Virus record (IMG/VR): IMGVR_UViG_3300016667_000519
Span: 1 to 26,244 of that record
Source of the DNA: a virus
Taxonomy: Duplodnaviria; Caudoviricetes
DNA: 26,244 bases
Direction: 5' to 3' (one strand)
Notes under the pieces: generated by a model
Told to the model about the DNA's origin: nothing
Database searches by the model: none
What the model saw: the letters and a program-made list of their open reading frames with translations, nothing else
Part shown: positions 9,149 to 18,805 of the stretch, piece by piece
Numbering within the stretch: the first letter of the stretch is position 1
Layout: each line of letters begins with the position of its first letter
Translations under genes and position numbers: made by a program

Positions 9149-9426
9149 TGTTAAAAATTTTAGGAGAACACTACTACTTTGATTTGGACGCAATTGAAAG
9201 TTACATAAATGTTGACCCCCCGATTGACGAATTTTCAGGAGAAACAGTTCAAAACACAATAAGCGTTGTAAGATATGATATGGTTAAATTATTGACTGAA
9301 ACAATTTTAACTGAAGACGCAGAAACTGATGAAACTTTAGGGATAAAATCAACGAACGGACTTTCAATGCCGTTTAAGTTAGCGTTTAACAGTCTATTAA
9401 ATAAAAAATTAATAAACAAATACTAA
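9148..9426 (+). CDS. Hypothetical protein
   Basis: 92-aa ORF coupled to its neighbours (TAATG overlap upstream, 1-nt gap downstream). Confidence 0.75.
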   Translation: MLKILGEHYYFDLDAIESYINVDPPIDEFSGETVQNTISVVRYDMVKLLTETILTEDAETDETLGIKSTNGLSMPFKLAFNSLLNKKLINKY

Positions 9427-9427
9427 T

Positions 9428-10489
9428 ATGACACAAGAACAAATTCAAAAATTAGAAAGTTCTATTACGAACTTAAAAGAAAAAAAATCAAGAATTTACC
9501 TCTTAGTTCAAGATACTAAAGGTAACGCCAAAGCATCAATTTCTTACATTTATAATTTAGGAATGGCTTTGCTTAATGGAGGATTCAATCCGATTATTTT
9601 ACACGAAAAATCAGACTATGTCGGAGTTGCCGGATGGTTAGGAAAAGACTATATGGATAAACTACCTCATAGAGCGATTGAGGGTCAAAATTTAGAAGTA
9701 TCACCTGAAGATTTTATAATCATACCTGAATTATTTGGTTTTGTAATGCCTCAAATAACAAAATTACCTTGTGGTAAAGTGGTTCTATCTCAAGCATACG
9801 ACCATATATTTGAAACATTACAGCCAGGTCAGACTTGGTCTCAATTAGGATTTTACAAATGTATTACAACATCAGAAAAACAAAAAGAATATATAGAGAC
9901 AATTATGAGAGGTATTTCTTTTGAGATATTACCTCCTTTTATTTCTGAAAATTTTGAAACCTCAAAATACCCAGCAAAGCCGGTAATCGCAATTCATTCT
10001 AGAGAGCAGAGAGATACTGCAAATTTTATCAAATCGTTTTATGTAAAATATCCACAATATAGATGGATTACTTTTAGAGATATGAGAGGGTTAACTGAAA
10101 AAGATTTTGCAAACGCATTTAAAGATTGCTTTTTATCAATATGGATTGACGAAACTAGTTCTTATGGAACATTCCCATTGGAATCTATGAAATCTGGGGT
10201 ACCTATCATAGGGTTGGTACCTAATATGGTTCCTCAATGGATGAATGAAGATAACGGTCTTTGGATAAACAACAAACTTCAATTAATAGATTTCACATCT
10301 CAATTCTTACAAAATTGGTTAGAGGATAATGTTAGTGAAAGTCTTTATGAGGGTATGAACAAGACTGTTTCAGAATTACCATCTAAAGATGAATTTAATA
10401 AAAAAGTAATCGCCATTTTTGAAGAATTTATAAATACAAGATTAGTGTCTTTTGAAGAACAATTAAATAAACTAGAAACAATTGAATAA
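9428..10489 (+). CDS. GT-B fold glycosyltransferase (GT4-like)
   Basis: DFIIIPE, and C-terminal SSYGTFPLESMKSGVPIIG matching the GT-B (E)xFGxxxxEAMxxGxPVI signature. Confidence 0.8.
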   Translation: MTQEQIQKLESSITNLKEKKSRIYLLVQDTKGNAKASISYIYNLGMALLNGGFNPIILHEKSDYVGVAGWLGKDYMDKLPHRAIEGQNLEVSPEDFIIIPELFGFVMPQITKLPCGKVVLSQAYDHIFETLQPGQTWSQLGFYKCITTSEKQKEYIETIMRGISFEILPPFISENFETSKYPAKPVIAIHSREQRDTANFIKSFYVKYPQYRWITFRDMRGLTEKDFANAFKDCFLSIWIDETSSYGTFPLESMKSGVPIIGLVPNMVPQWMNEDNGLWINNKLQLIDFTSQFLQNWLEDNVSESLYEGMNKTVSELPSKDEFNKKVIAIFEEFINTRLVSFEEQLNKLETIE

Positions 10490-10490
10490 T

Positions 10491-11294
10491 ATGGAAAAAT
10501 TTGACGTATCAGTAATATTACCTATAAAATCTATCGGAGCGAGAGGGTTTGAGGATTATTTCACAAAATGTATTGAATCATTAAAGGTTCAGAAAGTAAA
10601 AATAAACGAATTAGTGATTGTTCATTCAGATGAAACTTCTTTAGTTGAATATTTAAATGGGTTTGATTTTGGAGACCTTACAGTTGTAAAGCACACTTGG
10701 ACTAAAGAACCTAATTTTTCAGAACAAGTAAATTATGGTGTTAGAATTTCAAAATCTAAATGGGTTTCAATCTTCGAATTTGACGATGAATATTCCAACA
10801 TTTGGTTTAAATCCGCAAAAAAATATGAAGAGGTTTATCCTGAAGTTGACGCTTTTTTACCAATAGTTGTTGATACCGATGAAAAAGGTAGTTTTGCGGG
10901 ATTTACCAATGAAGCGACTTTTGCTCTTAATATTTCTTCTGAAATGGGGATTTTAAGTAATGATACTTTACAAACATATCAAAATTTTCAACCATCAGGT
11001 ATGGTGATAAAAAAATCATCTTTTACTGATTTTGGGGGACTAAAAGGTTCGTTTAAATTGACTTTTGGTTATGAGATGTTTTTAAGATTGACTCACAATT
11101 CATTAAAAATTATGACAATACCTAAAATTGGATATAAACATACTAATCTTAGAGAAGGTTCTATATTTTGGAATTACAAAAACGGTGACTCTATTTTGTC
11201 CGATGACGAAGTGCGTTTTTGGATTGAATCGGCTAAAAAAGAATATTTCTTTATTAATGATAGAGCCATAAAATATGAATCCGAAGTTAATTAA
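10491..11294 (+). CDS. GT2-like glycosyltransferase
   Basis: DVSVILPI, NFSEQVNYGV, WVSIFEFDDEY, FTDFGGLK, MFLRL..IPKIGYKH. ATG 10491 preferred over TTG 10482. Confidence 0.82.
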   Translation: MEKFDVSVILPIKSIGARGFEDYFTKCIESLKVQKVKINELVIVHSDETSLVEYLNGFDFGDLTVVKHTWTKEPNFSEQVNYGVRISKSKWVSIFEFDDEYSNIWFKSAKKYEEVYPEVDAFLPIVVDTDEKGSFAGFTNEATFALNISSEMGILSNDTLQTYQNFQPSGMVIKKSSFTDFGGLKGSFKLTFGYEMFLRLTHNSLKIMTIPKIGYKHTNLREGSIFWNYKNGDSILSDDEVRFWIESAKKEYFFINDRAIKYESEVN

Positions 11295-12043
11295 TGACCG
11301 AATCTCCAAATTTAAACGGAAGTACGAATGCGGAAGTAAAGAAGAAAGGTAGAAAACCAACTCAAACAAATTATTTTGATGTTAAAGAAGAATTGGCCGT
11401 TCTAAGATTTTTAGAGGCCAGTTCCTTCGAAGAAAAAAATAAAATTTACAATGAGTTCTTAAAAAAACCTTTAGATAAAATGATATCTTCAATTATTAGA
11501 AGGTATAAATTATATAGAAAAGATATGGATTTCTACGAAATTCATATAGACACTCACTCGTTTTTGATGACTAAAATTGATAAGTTTAAACCATCAAAAG
11601 AAAAAAAGGCATATTCTTATTTTGGCACGATATGTAAAAATTATTTGATGGGACAAATAATTAAAGACCAAAAAGAAATAAATAGAAAAATATCTTATGA
11701 GGATATTTCTTCAGATTTAGAAAATAATACCGAATTCTCATATAGAATAGACAAAGATAATTTAGAATCCGAACAAGTGATAATTAAATTTTTAAATGAA
11801 TTAGATGAATTTGTTAAAAAACCTGAACTTACAGAAAACGAAGTTAAATTGGGTTACGCATTACATTCTATTTTTGAAAATTATGACCAAATTTTTGTTG
11901 GTAGTGATAATAATAAATTTAACAAAAACATCATATTACTCACTTTAAGGGATATGACAAATTTGTCGACCAAAGAAATTAGAGGTTCGATGAAAAAATA
12001 CAAAATAATGTATGCAAAATTAATACAAGCGATGGTTAAATAA
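11294..12043 (+). CDS. Phage sigma factor, T4 gp55-like (late transcription)
   Basis: NYFD near the N-terminus and KIDKFKPSKEKKAYSYFGTICKNYL resemble sigma region 2 of gp55 (NFDP..NPFAYFTQI). It lies immediately upstream of the structural genes. Confidence 0.7.
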   Translation: MTESPNLNGSTNAEVKKKGRKPTQTNYFDVKEELAVLRFLEASSFEEKNKIYNEFLKKPLDKMISSIIRRYKLYRKDMDFYEIHIDTHSFLMTKIDKFKPSKEKKAYSYFGTICKNYLMGQIIKDQKEINRKISYEDISSDLENNTEFSYRIDKDNLESEQVIIKFLNELDEFVKKPELTENEVKLGYALHSIFENYDQIFVGSDNNKFNKNIILLTLRDMTNLSTKEIRGSMKKYKIMYAKLIQAMVK

Positions 12044-12055
12044 AACAACCACTAA

Positions 12056-12064
12056 ATATTTATA
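12056..12064 (+). promoter_or_regulatory. Putative late promoter ATATTTATA
   Basis: Intergenic, 4 nt before ATG 12069; recurs before other late genes. Confidence 0.6.
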
Positions 12065-12068
12065 AATT

Positions 12069-12443
12069 ATGGGAAGACCGGTAAAAAAAGAAATTAATTT
12101 AACTAAAGAGTCAATTCTTTCGTTAATGCAAGAAATTTATAATGAGCTTGTTGAACAAAGAAGTACCGCTATTAGAATTCAAAATAAAATGTTGGCTATG
12201 ATGAAAGAGACTGAGGATATGACTGTCTTGGGACCAATTATTAAAGAACAACAAAAAATTATCAATGATTGCGTTGAGAAAAAATTATCTTTATCAAAAT
12301 TACAATCAAGTATTTGGGAAAAATCAAACTCAACTCAAGATTCGTTTTCATTATCTGATTTAGATGTTGACGATACAATACTAACTAATTTAATTCAAAA
12401 AGATGTGTCTAAAACTGATGAACCTTATAAAATGAAAAAATAA
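12069..12443 (+). CDS. Hypothetical helical/coiled-coil protein
   Basis: 124-aa ORF with heptad-like composition, coupled to the next ORF by TAATG. Confidence 0.75.
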   Translation: MGRPVKKEINLTKESILSLMQEIYNELVEQRSTAIRIQNKMLAMMKETEDMTVLGPIIKEQQKIINDCVEKKLSLSKLQSSIWEKSNSTQDSFSLSDLDVDDTILTNLIQKDVSKTDEPYKMKK

Positions 12444-14482
12444 TGACATCATTAGATAATTCGGCGGATTATGTTAAAATTAAAGATAGGATTAAAACTA
12501 TCAAAACTTATAACGACTTAAAGGTTCAATATAGACAAGCAAGAAAACAAGCGGGTAATACTTTTGAGAAAAGAAAAAGTGAAGTCGTTAAAGGTTTAAA
12601 TGATTTTGAAAAAAACGCTAAAAAATACGCAAAGAAACAAATAAAAAGTCAGTTTGAGCAACTTTTAGAAATGTTGCATATTAGCGCATCCGATTATAAA
12701 GATAAAATTAATAAGGCAAAATCTAAATACGATAATATTAACAAAAAAGTAAATAATCGTATTTCTTCAGGAAAAGAAAAAATACAAACGTTAGGTAAGA
12801 GTAATACAGGTTCTTATATAAAATCTACTTTAACAACTGCGTTAAAAAATATAGAACCTAAAGTGTCCAGTATTTTAGCAAAGGAAATTTTAACCGCGGT
12901 AGGTTGCGACCAACAGCAAACATATACCGGAGGTCAAGTTATTTATATTAAAGTTAAATCTATAGATTTAGCAAATTTATTAAAGATAGATTCCGAAACT
13001 CCTTTGGGTAAAGTTTTATATGAAAAGAATCCAATATATGTCCAAAATTTTCCATTCTCAATGAACAGAGAATTGTTTAAAAGAATACAAACACCATCCA
13101 GTTCATATAACTCCCAATACGGTCAAAATTATAAAGGGGCATCAGGACAAGATTTATTTGATATTCAATTTGTACAACAAAATAACGACCCTTTCTCTCC
13201 TTATTTTGGGGACTCTAGCGGTTGGTTTAAAATTACATTATCACCAAGATTAAATTCAGTAACCTCAGTGGTTGAATTTATGACAGATTATTATAAATCG
13301 ATAAAACTATTTGATTTTCATAATGTAATGGCGAATATTATGGAGGCACTAAGCGGAGCTATTTCAATAAAAGCTAACTATAGTGTAACTTTTTTAAAAG
13401 ACGCCGGATTTTTTGAAAAATTATTATTAAGAATTTTTGGTTTATGTTTTGACAATAAAGAAGAAATTGATGTTAGCGGGATATCTAAATTAGGAGAAAC
13501 CGGAACCATTGACGATACTTTTTTTGAATTAACAAGTGTTGAATTAAGAGAAATAGAACAAAGAGTGACTAATATTAAAAACGGAGTTGTTGAATTTGTT
13601 CAATGTGAAAATGTGAAAATTCCGGTTAACGCTGACGCTATCATATCTCAATTAGAGAATTTAACATTAATAGAAAATGAACTAAGTATAAATAAACCCG
13701 AAGATATTACAAACGCGTTATTAGACAACTCAACGTTTGAAGGGTTAGGTTTAGACGCAGAATTAGAATTTGCGGTTGATTGGAATTTTTTAAATTCTTT
13801 AGCAAAAGGATTAATTTTTTCTCTTTTAAGTCCTAAAGTATTATTACCTATTTTTACAATGTTTGAAGCGTTAAATAAAAATGGTTTAGAATTAGTTGAT
13901 TCTTATTTAGCATTTTCAAAACTTTTTAGTAAATTTTTAGTTAATTTGGCATCTAAAGTTAATGCTTTACTAATTGAGGAATTATTTGAATTATTAAAAA
14001 AAGATATTAAAAATTTAATACAACAAGTAATTCTTGATATTACTCAAGAAAAAGGTAATAAAAAATTAATAATGATTTTAAAATTAACAAACATATTAAT
14101 AAATGTTGCCCAATTTATTGATGACTTACGAAGATGTAAAAGTGTTATTGATGAAATATTAAGATTGTTACAAGCGGCATCAAATTTAATATCAAAACAA
14201 AAATTACCGTTACCTTTATTATTTTTATCTGAATTTTTGGATGGTTTCTCAGAGTCGAGAGCTTTTTTAAGGACAATAGAAGAGTTACAAAAAATAGGTG
14301 TTCCTACCGGACCTTTACCCGATGGAAGTCCTAATTTAGAAATGTTATCCAGATTCGCACAATTAAAAGCCGTGTCAGAAGAAGATGCCGAAAATAATTC
14401 AGTACAAATAGCATTACGACCAATCTCAATAACACCTGCAGGATTAACAGTTCCAGCAACAGCATTTGGTAAAAAGTTTTAA
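12443..14482 (+). CDS. Large hypothetical protein, probably virion/baseplate-associated
   Basis: 679-aa ORF with a basic coiled-coil N-terminus and hydrophobic helical C-terminal half, in the same run as the gp5-like gene. Function inferred from context only. Confidence 0.6.
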   Translation: MTSLDNSADYVKIKDRIKTIKTYNDLKVQYRQARKQAGNTFEKRKSEVVKGLNDFEKNAKKYAKKQIKSQFEQLLEMLHISASDYKDKINKAKSKYDNINKKVNNRISSGKEKIQTLGKSNTGSYIKSTLTTALKNIEPKVSSILAKEILTAVGCDQQQTYTGGQVIYIKVKSIDLANLLKIDSETPLGKVLYEKNPIYVQNFPFSMNRELFKRIQTPSSSYNSQYGQNYKGASGQDLFDIQFVQQNNDPFSPYFGDSSGWFKITLSPRLNSVTSVVEFMTDYYKSIKLFDFHNVMANIMEALSGAISIKANYSVTFLKDAGFFEKLLLRIFGLCFDNKEEIDVSGISKLGETGTIDDTFFELTSVELREIEQRVTNIKNGVVEFVQCENVKIPVNADAIISQLENLTLIENELSINKPEDITNALLDNSTFEGLGLDAELEFAVDWNFLNSLAKGLIFSLLSPKVLLPIFTMFEALNKNGLELVDSYLAFSKLFSKFLVNLASKVNALLIEELFELLKKDIKNLIQQVILDITQEKGNKKLIMILKLTNILINVAQFIDDLRRCKSVIDEILRLLQAASNLISKQKLPLPLLFLSEFLDGFSESRAFLRTIEELQKIGVPTGPLPDGSPNLEMLSRFAQLKAVSEEDAENNSVQIALRPISITPAGLTVPATAFGKKF

Positions 14483-14483
14483 T

Positions 14484-14705
14484 ATGGATAAAAAAGAAAA
14501 AACGGAAAAATTATTACGAGTTATTAAAGATTATAAATCGCATTCCAATAAAGATTTAGTATTTGCGATGGATATTATAAGAGATGATTTTGAAAAAACA
14601 AAAACCGCGTTAATAAATTTAACACATAATTTGGATAAATTAGAGGAGACTTATAATTTAATTTTAAACGAATACGAATCAAGAAACAATAAAAAAGAGA
14701 TATGA
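14484..14705 (+). CDS. Hypothetical coiled-coil protein
   Basis: 73 aa from ATG 14484; ATGA overlap with the next gene. Confidence 0.7.
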   Translation: MDKKEKTEKLLRVIKDYKSHSNKDLVFAMDIIRDDFEKTKTALINLTHNLDKLEETYNLILNEYESRNNKKEI

Positions 14706-16300
14706 GTTTTAAAGATAATTTTCTTCAAACCGCGGATGATATACAATTAACCAAGATTATTTTTCCTGGAAAAGTATTTGACGCCAATGACCCAAAACGG
14801 TTAGGTAGATTAAGGGTATTACCAAGTCAAGATATGAGTTATTCTAAAATTATCCAATCAATTCCAGGTTGGAATGAATCCAAAGACGCTTGGACAAATA
14901 AAGACCCTATTTTATTTTTACCTTTATTACCTTTTTACATATATCAAACACCGATTAAAGATGAATACGTTCATATTTTATATTATGATAAAAATTACAA
15001 AGACGGAAATAGGTTTTATATTCAAGGACCTTTCTCAGACCCAAGACAATTAGTTTTTGAGGATTTTACCTCAATGCAACAACAACTTTCATCAGGTAAC
15101 GAATACAGTCAAAGTGATAACATTACTAATTACAATAAGAGTAAAGGAATATTTCCTGAGCCAGGCGATAATGGTTTAATGGGTAGAGGAACTACTGACT
15201 TAATATTAAAACAAGAAGAGGTTTTAATAAGGGCGGGTAAGACAAAAATATCCGAATTAAAAAGAGGTATAGCCCCCTCCCAAAATGAATTTAGGTCTTT
15301 TTTACAATTATCAAATTTTACAAAAACAATAGAAGAAGGTGAACTTGAAGAATCCATAAGATTTGTTGAGGTTATCAAAGTTGTTAAAAAAATGATTATA
15401 TGGAATGTTGATAATTTGGAAAATAATAATAACCAATTCAATGGTTCAATTGGAATTTACAATGTAATTCCTAATACTCCATTAGTTAATTCTCAGAATT
15501 TTAGATTAGAAACCATACAGAATATAAGTATTGGCACTAATTACCAAGGACCTATAGAAGAATTTGTATTTAAAAACAAATCAATTAGTGAAATACATAC
15601 ATTAACAAATCAAATCATACAATCTTTATTTACCGGTAAAGTTCAAATTCCGGGATATGGTATTAATAGTAGTAGTAACTTTAAACCAGACCAAGTTTTT
15701 CCTTTTGTTGTTACTCCATCAAAAATAACGTACCAACAAGGTGGTTCTTTTACAGGACAAACTGAAAATCAAATTAGTAAAGATATTAGAAAACATTATA
15801 AAGAAATTTATGATGGAATTAAAGTTAATGAGGATACAAGAGTTAGAGGGTTTATACTTGTATCAGAAAATAGAAGTGGTAAAGCGGCAACCGGACCTAT
15901 CTATGAAACAGTTGTGGAGGAAAACGCTTCTTTGATATTTTCTAATAAACCAACTACATATGGAGTTATGGGAGCCGAAAAACTATATTTATTGAGTCAT
16001 AAAATAACGGACGCCCCAAAAGGTCAAATAGATTTAAAAGACACATTATATGGAATTCCTGCTGAAAGATTTATTGGTGAAGGAGGTATTGAATCTAAAA
16101 CATACCCTATGGTTAGAGGTGACCAATTAATTGAATTATTACGAAAAATAATGTCGTATATTAAAGGTCACGTGCACCCAATTTCAACTATGAGTCCCGT
16201 ACCAATTGCTGCCGGGAATGGTCAAAGTACTGAAGAAATTGATGAGATATTATCAAATGCGGAAATATCAATTTTAAATCAAAATATTAGAATTAATTGA
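14702..16300 (+). CDS. Baseplate hub/central spike protein, gp5/VgrG-like, no lysozyme domain evident
   Basis: OB-fold start GKVFDANDPKRLGRLRV, P..DEYVHILY, beta-strand segment PEPGDNGLMGRGTTDLILK, and C-terminal VRGDQL...GHVHP (HxH tip motif). Confidence 0.7.
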   Translation: MSFKDNFLQTADDIQLTKIIFPGKVFDANDPKRLGRLRVLPSQDMSYSKIIQSIPGWNESKDAWTNKDPILFLPLLPFYIYQTPIKDEYVHILYYDKNYKDGNRFYIQGPFSDPRQLVFEDFTSMQQQLSSGNEYSQSDNITNYNKSKGIFPEPGDNGLMGRGTTDLILKQEEVLIRAGKTKISELKRGIAPSQNEFRSFLQLSNFTKTIEEGELEESIRFVEVIKVVKKMIIWNVDNLENNNNQFNGSIGIYNVIPNTPLVNSQNFRLETIQNISIGTNYQGPIEEFVFKNKSISEIHTLTNQIIQSLFTGKVQIPGYGINSSSNFKPDQVFPFVVTPSKITYQQGGSFTGQTENQISKDIRKHYKEIYDGIKVNEDTRVRGFILVSENRSGKAATGPIYETVVEENASLIFSNKPTTYGVMGAEKLYLLSHKITDAPKGQIDLKDTLYGIPAERFIGEGGIESKTYPMVRGDQLIELLRKIMSYIKGHVHPISTMSPVPIAAGNGQSTEEIDEILSNAEISILNQNIRIN

Positions 16301-16308
16301 TATTTATA
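16299..16308 (+). promoter_or_regulatory. Putative late promoter GATATTTATA
   Basis: Overlaps the upstream stop codon, 17 nt before ATG 16326. Confidence 0.6.
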
Positions 16309-16325
16309 AAGTAAATAACTTTTGA

Positions 16326-17786
16326 ATGTCAATTACTAATTCTTTTTTCAGTAAAAACAATACAATAATTTCAAATAGTTTTACCAATACGGGAAGAAAT
16401 CCTGTTACGGAATTATTCTTTGGTAATTTGTTAACATCTCAATATCCTAGTGGATATAGTAGATTTATTTTTGATTTAGACCTAACGCTATTAAAACAAA
16501 AATATAATGATGGGACAATATCTCCTTGTAATGGGGAAATGAAACATACATTAAGAATGACCAATACAACGTCATTTAATTTTGATTTTTTAAATACGTC
16601 AACATCTCAAGGAAGACAAAGAGCAACATCATTTGATTTGGTATTACTTAGAATTCCTTACATTAATGATGACCCTGAAACACCTCAAATTTGGGATGAA
16701 GGAGTTGGATATGATTTTGCCGACTTACAATATAATGTAGAAATAGATAAAAATTTTTCAGACAGACCATCAAACTGGTTTCAAACAACTACATTAGGAG
16801 TTTGGACTGAAGAAGGAATCTACAATAATGATAATTTAGGAATTGTTCCTTTTTCATCTTTAACTATCGTTGATATTCAACACTTCCAATTTGGAAATGA
16901 AAATATCGAGTTTGATATGACTGATGAAATAAACGCAATATTAGATAATTCTTTATCAGGTGTTACAGGATGGGTAGTCGCGTTTAGACCTCAATTAGAA
17001 AATTTAACGGGGTTAACGGATGTTTATGAAGTTCAGTTTTTTACAAGACACACACAAACTTTTTACGAACCATTTTTAGAAACAAGTTATAATGACTTAA
17101 TTGATGATGATAGAAATTTATTTAGTTTAGGTAAAACAAATAAATTATATTTGTATCTTTATGAAAACGGAAATCCGATTAACTTAGATAACAATCCTTT
17201 AGTTGATATATTAGACAATGCGGGACTCCCTATCGCTGGTTTAACAGGACTTACAACATGCCAAAGAACAAAAGGAGTTTATGAGGTTGAAGTTCCTCCA
17301 CTCATAGGGTATAAAACACCTTGTACATTCACTGATAAGTGGTACAACCTTAATGTTAATTGGTTTCCTTTAAATCCGATTTTTAATGATTTTACATTAC
17401 AACCATTTAAGAATGTTTATCAGATTGGAACAACGTCTCAAGACCCAAAAATATATGGGTTTGATTATTACGGAATTAAACAAGATGAAAAAATATTTAA
17501 CACCGATATTAGAAAAGTTGGTGTTGTTATAAAACAGGCTTACACCACAAATAAATTATTACAAAAAGTTGATGCTTTTTATAGAATTTATGTTAGGGAA
17601 GGCCAGACAGAAGTTCAAGTACAAGATTGGACAAAAATAAATAGAACTCCAAATGAGTATTATTTCTTATTTGACACTAGAGATAAAATACCAAATGAAT
17701 ATTATATCGACTTAAAAGTTGAGAGTTCTGGTGAAGTTAACACTTATAAAAAACAAATTAAATTTCAGATTGTAGATTACAAATAA
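16326..17786 (+). CDS. Probable virion structural protein (beta-rich)
   Basis: 486-aa acidic, aromatic/Thr-rich ORF next to the gp5-like gene, with the late motif upstream. Confidence 0.6.
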   Translation: MSITNSFFSKNNTIISNSFTNTGRNPVTELFFGNLLTSQYPSGYSRFIFDLDLTLLKQKYNDGTISPCNGEMKHTLRMTNTTSFNFDFLNTSTSQGRQRATSFDLVLLRIPYINDDPETPQIWDEGVGYDFADLQYNVEIDKNFSDRPSNWFQTTTLGVWTEEGIYNNDNLGIVPFSSLTIVDIQHFQFGNENIEFDMTDEINAILDNSLSGVTGWVVAFRPQLENLTGLTDVYEVQFFTRHTQTFYEPFLETSYNDLIDDDRNLFSLGKTNKLYLYLYENGNPINLDNNPLVDILDNAGLPIAGLTGLTTCQRTKGVYEVEVPPLIGYKTPCTFTDKWYNLNVNWFPLNPIFNDFTLQPFKNVYQIGTTSQDPKIYGFDYYGIKQDEKIFNTDIRKVGVVIKQAYTTNKLLQKVDAFYRIYVREGQTEVQVQDWTKINRTPNEYYFLFDTRDKIPNEYYIDLKVESSGEVNTYKKQIKFQIVDYK

Positions 17787-17790
17787 ATTA

Positions 17791-17800
17791 GATATTTATA
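17791..17800 (+). promoter_or_regulatory. Putative late promoter GATATTTATA
   Basis: Intergenic, 13 nt before ATG 17814. Confidence 0.6.
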
Positions 17801-17813
17801 AATAAAAAAGATT

Positions 17814-17981
17814 ATGCCAGAAAAAAGTGCAAACACCGAAACTATAATTTGTGAAAGCTGTGACGGTTTAACTGTTAGAGAAGTAACCGCACCTCATCCA
17901 GTATGGACAGACGAAAAAGGAGAATCTGTGATTCAGATGAACGCAGTGACTTTAGGAGGAATGTTCGGATTAAATAGTTGA
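17814..17981 (+). CDS. Small protein, 55 aa, absent from the ORF track
   Basis: Translated by hand: MPEKSANTETIICESCDGLTVREVTAPHPVWTDEKGESVIQMNAVTLGGMFGLNS. It fills the gap between its neighbours and has the late motif upstream. Confidence 0.75.
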   Translation: MPEKSANTETIICESCDGLTVREVTAPHPVWTDEKGESVIQMNAVTLGGMFGLNS

Positions 17982-17996
17982 AAAAAATAGTAAAAT

Positions 17997-18296
17997 ATGA
18001 AAACGATTAGATTAACAGAAAGACAACTAAGTGAATTAGTTCAAAAAGTAATAAAGGAGTCTGAAGACGAGGCACCTTACGAAAAAGGTCCGAGAGGACA
18101 AAGAGCTGCAAGGTCAAGAGCAGATTACGAGCCAACACCAAAAGAGGATGAAATTAAAACATTATTTGGTAAATACCAAGATGATATTCCTCCAATCGTT
18201 GTTAGATACCTAAGAAAGATTGGTAGAAAAACATTAACAAAACGTTTATTAGACCTTAACTTAATCGATAAAGAAACTGTAAATGAAAAAGATTAA
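17997..18296 (+). CDS. Hypothetical protein, candidate internal head protein
   Basis: N-terminal MKTIRLTERQLSELVQKVIKE helix shared with neighbours. Confidence 0.7.
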   Translation: MKTIRLTERQLSELVQKVIKESEDEAPYEKGPRGQRAARSRADYEPTPKEDEIKTLFGKYQDDIPPIVVRYLRKIGRKTLTKRLLDLNLIDKETVNEKD

Positions 18297-18738
18297 TATT
18301 ACAGAAAAACAATTATCAAAACTTGTTAATCGTTTAATGAGCGAACAAGAATCTGAAAGATATATGTTCTTTTCTAATTTAGAACAGATTAAAAGACAAT
18401 GTGATAAATTGTTAGAAATGGATGAATCTGAAGTAGAAGGAATCTTATCTAATGGTCACGATTGGGCTCAAGACCACGTTGCAACCGCAAAAGAATCTTT
18501 AGACCAAGTATTTGATTTTTTAATGAATGAAACTCAAGGAGAAGGTTCTGATGATGAAGTTATGATGGAAGGTCGTAAAAAAACAGGAACAAAATTATGT
18601 GCAAGAGGTAAATCGGCGGCAAAATCAAAATTTAAAGTTTACCCTTCGGCATATGCAAATGGTTACGCGGTTCAAGTCTGTAAAGGAAAACAACCTGGAA
18701 CTGACGGAAAAAAACGATGTTCCCCACCTTATTGTTAA
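18283..18738 (+). CDS. Candidate internal head protein with a basic Cys-rich C-terminal domain
   Basis: N-terminal MKKINITEKQLSKLVNRLMSE, acidic middle, C-terminal LCARGKSAAKSKFKVYPSAYANGYAVQVCKG. Confidence 0.7.
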   Translation: MKKINITEKQLSKLVNRLMSEQESERYMFFSNLEQIKRQCDKLLEMDESEVEGILSNGHDWAQDHVATAKESLDQVFDFLMNETQGEGSDDEVMMEGRKKTGTKLCARGKSAAKSKFKVYPSAYANGYAVQVCKGKQPGTDGKKRCSPPYC

Positions 18739-18744
18739 ATAAAG

Positions 18745-18772
18745 AGTCCCACAAAAGTGGGATTTTTTTTTT
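18745..18772 (+). terminator. Rho-independent terminator
   Basis: TCCCAC-AAAA-GTGGGA hairpin (18747-18762) followed by 10 T, just after stop 18738. Confidence 0.88.
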
Positions 18773-18801
18773 GGCCAATTAAAAAAAATTTCTTATCTTT
18801 G
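18770..18801 (+). promoter_or_regulatory. Bacteroidota-type housekeeping promoter (-33 TTTG / -7 TAnnTTTG)
   Basis: TTTG at 18770-18773, 20-nt spacer, TATCTTTG at 18794-18801; ATG 4 nt later. Confidence 0.75.
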
Positions 18802-18805
18802 TGGT

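Noticed and set aside
1103-11294. Bacterial O-antigen/capsule locus or host contamination
   Set aside because: No wzx, wzy, ABC exporter or priming transferase; it is interleaved with dut, phoH and a gp55-like sigma and continuous with virion genes.
2133-15935. Short alternative ORFs 2133-2330, 7515-7709, 8333-8530, 11103-11369, 15130-15441 (-) and 15741-15935 (+)
   Set aside because: All lie within or across well-supported genes, antisense or out of frame, with no recognisable motifs; shadow ORFs.
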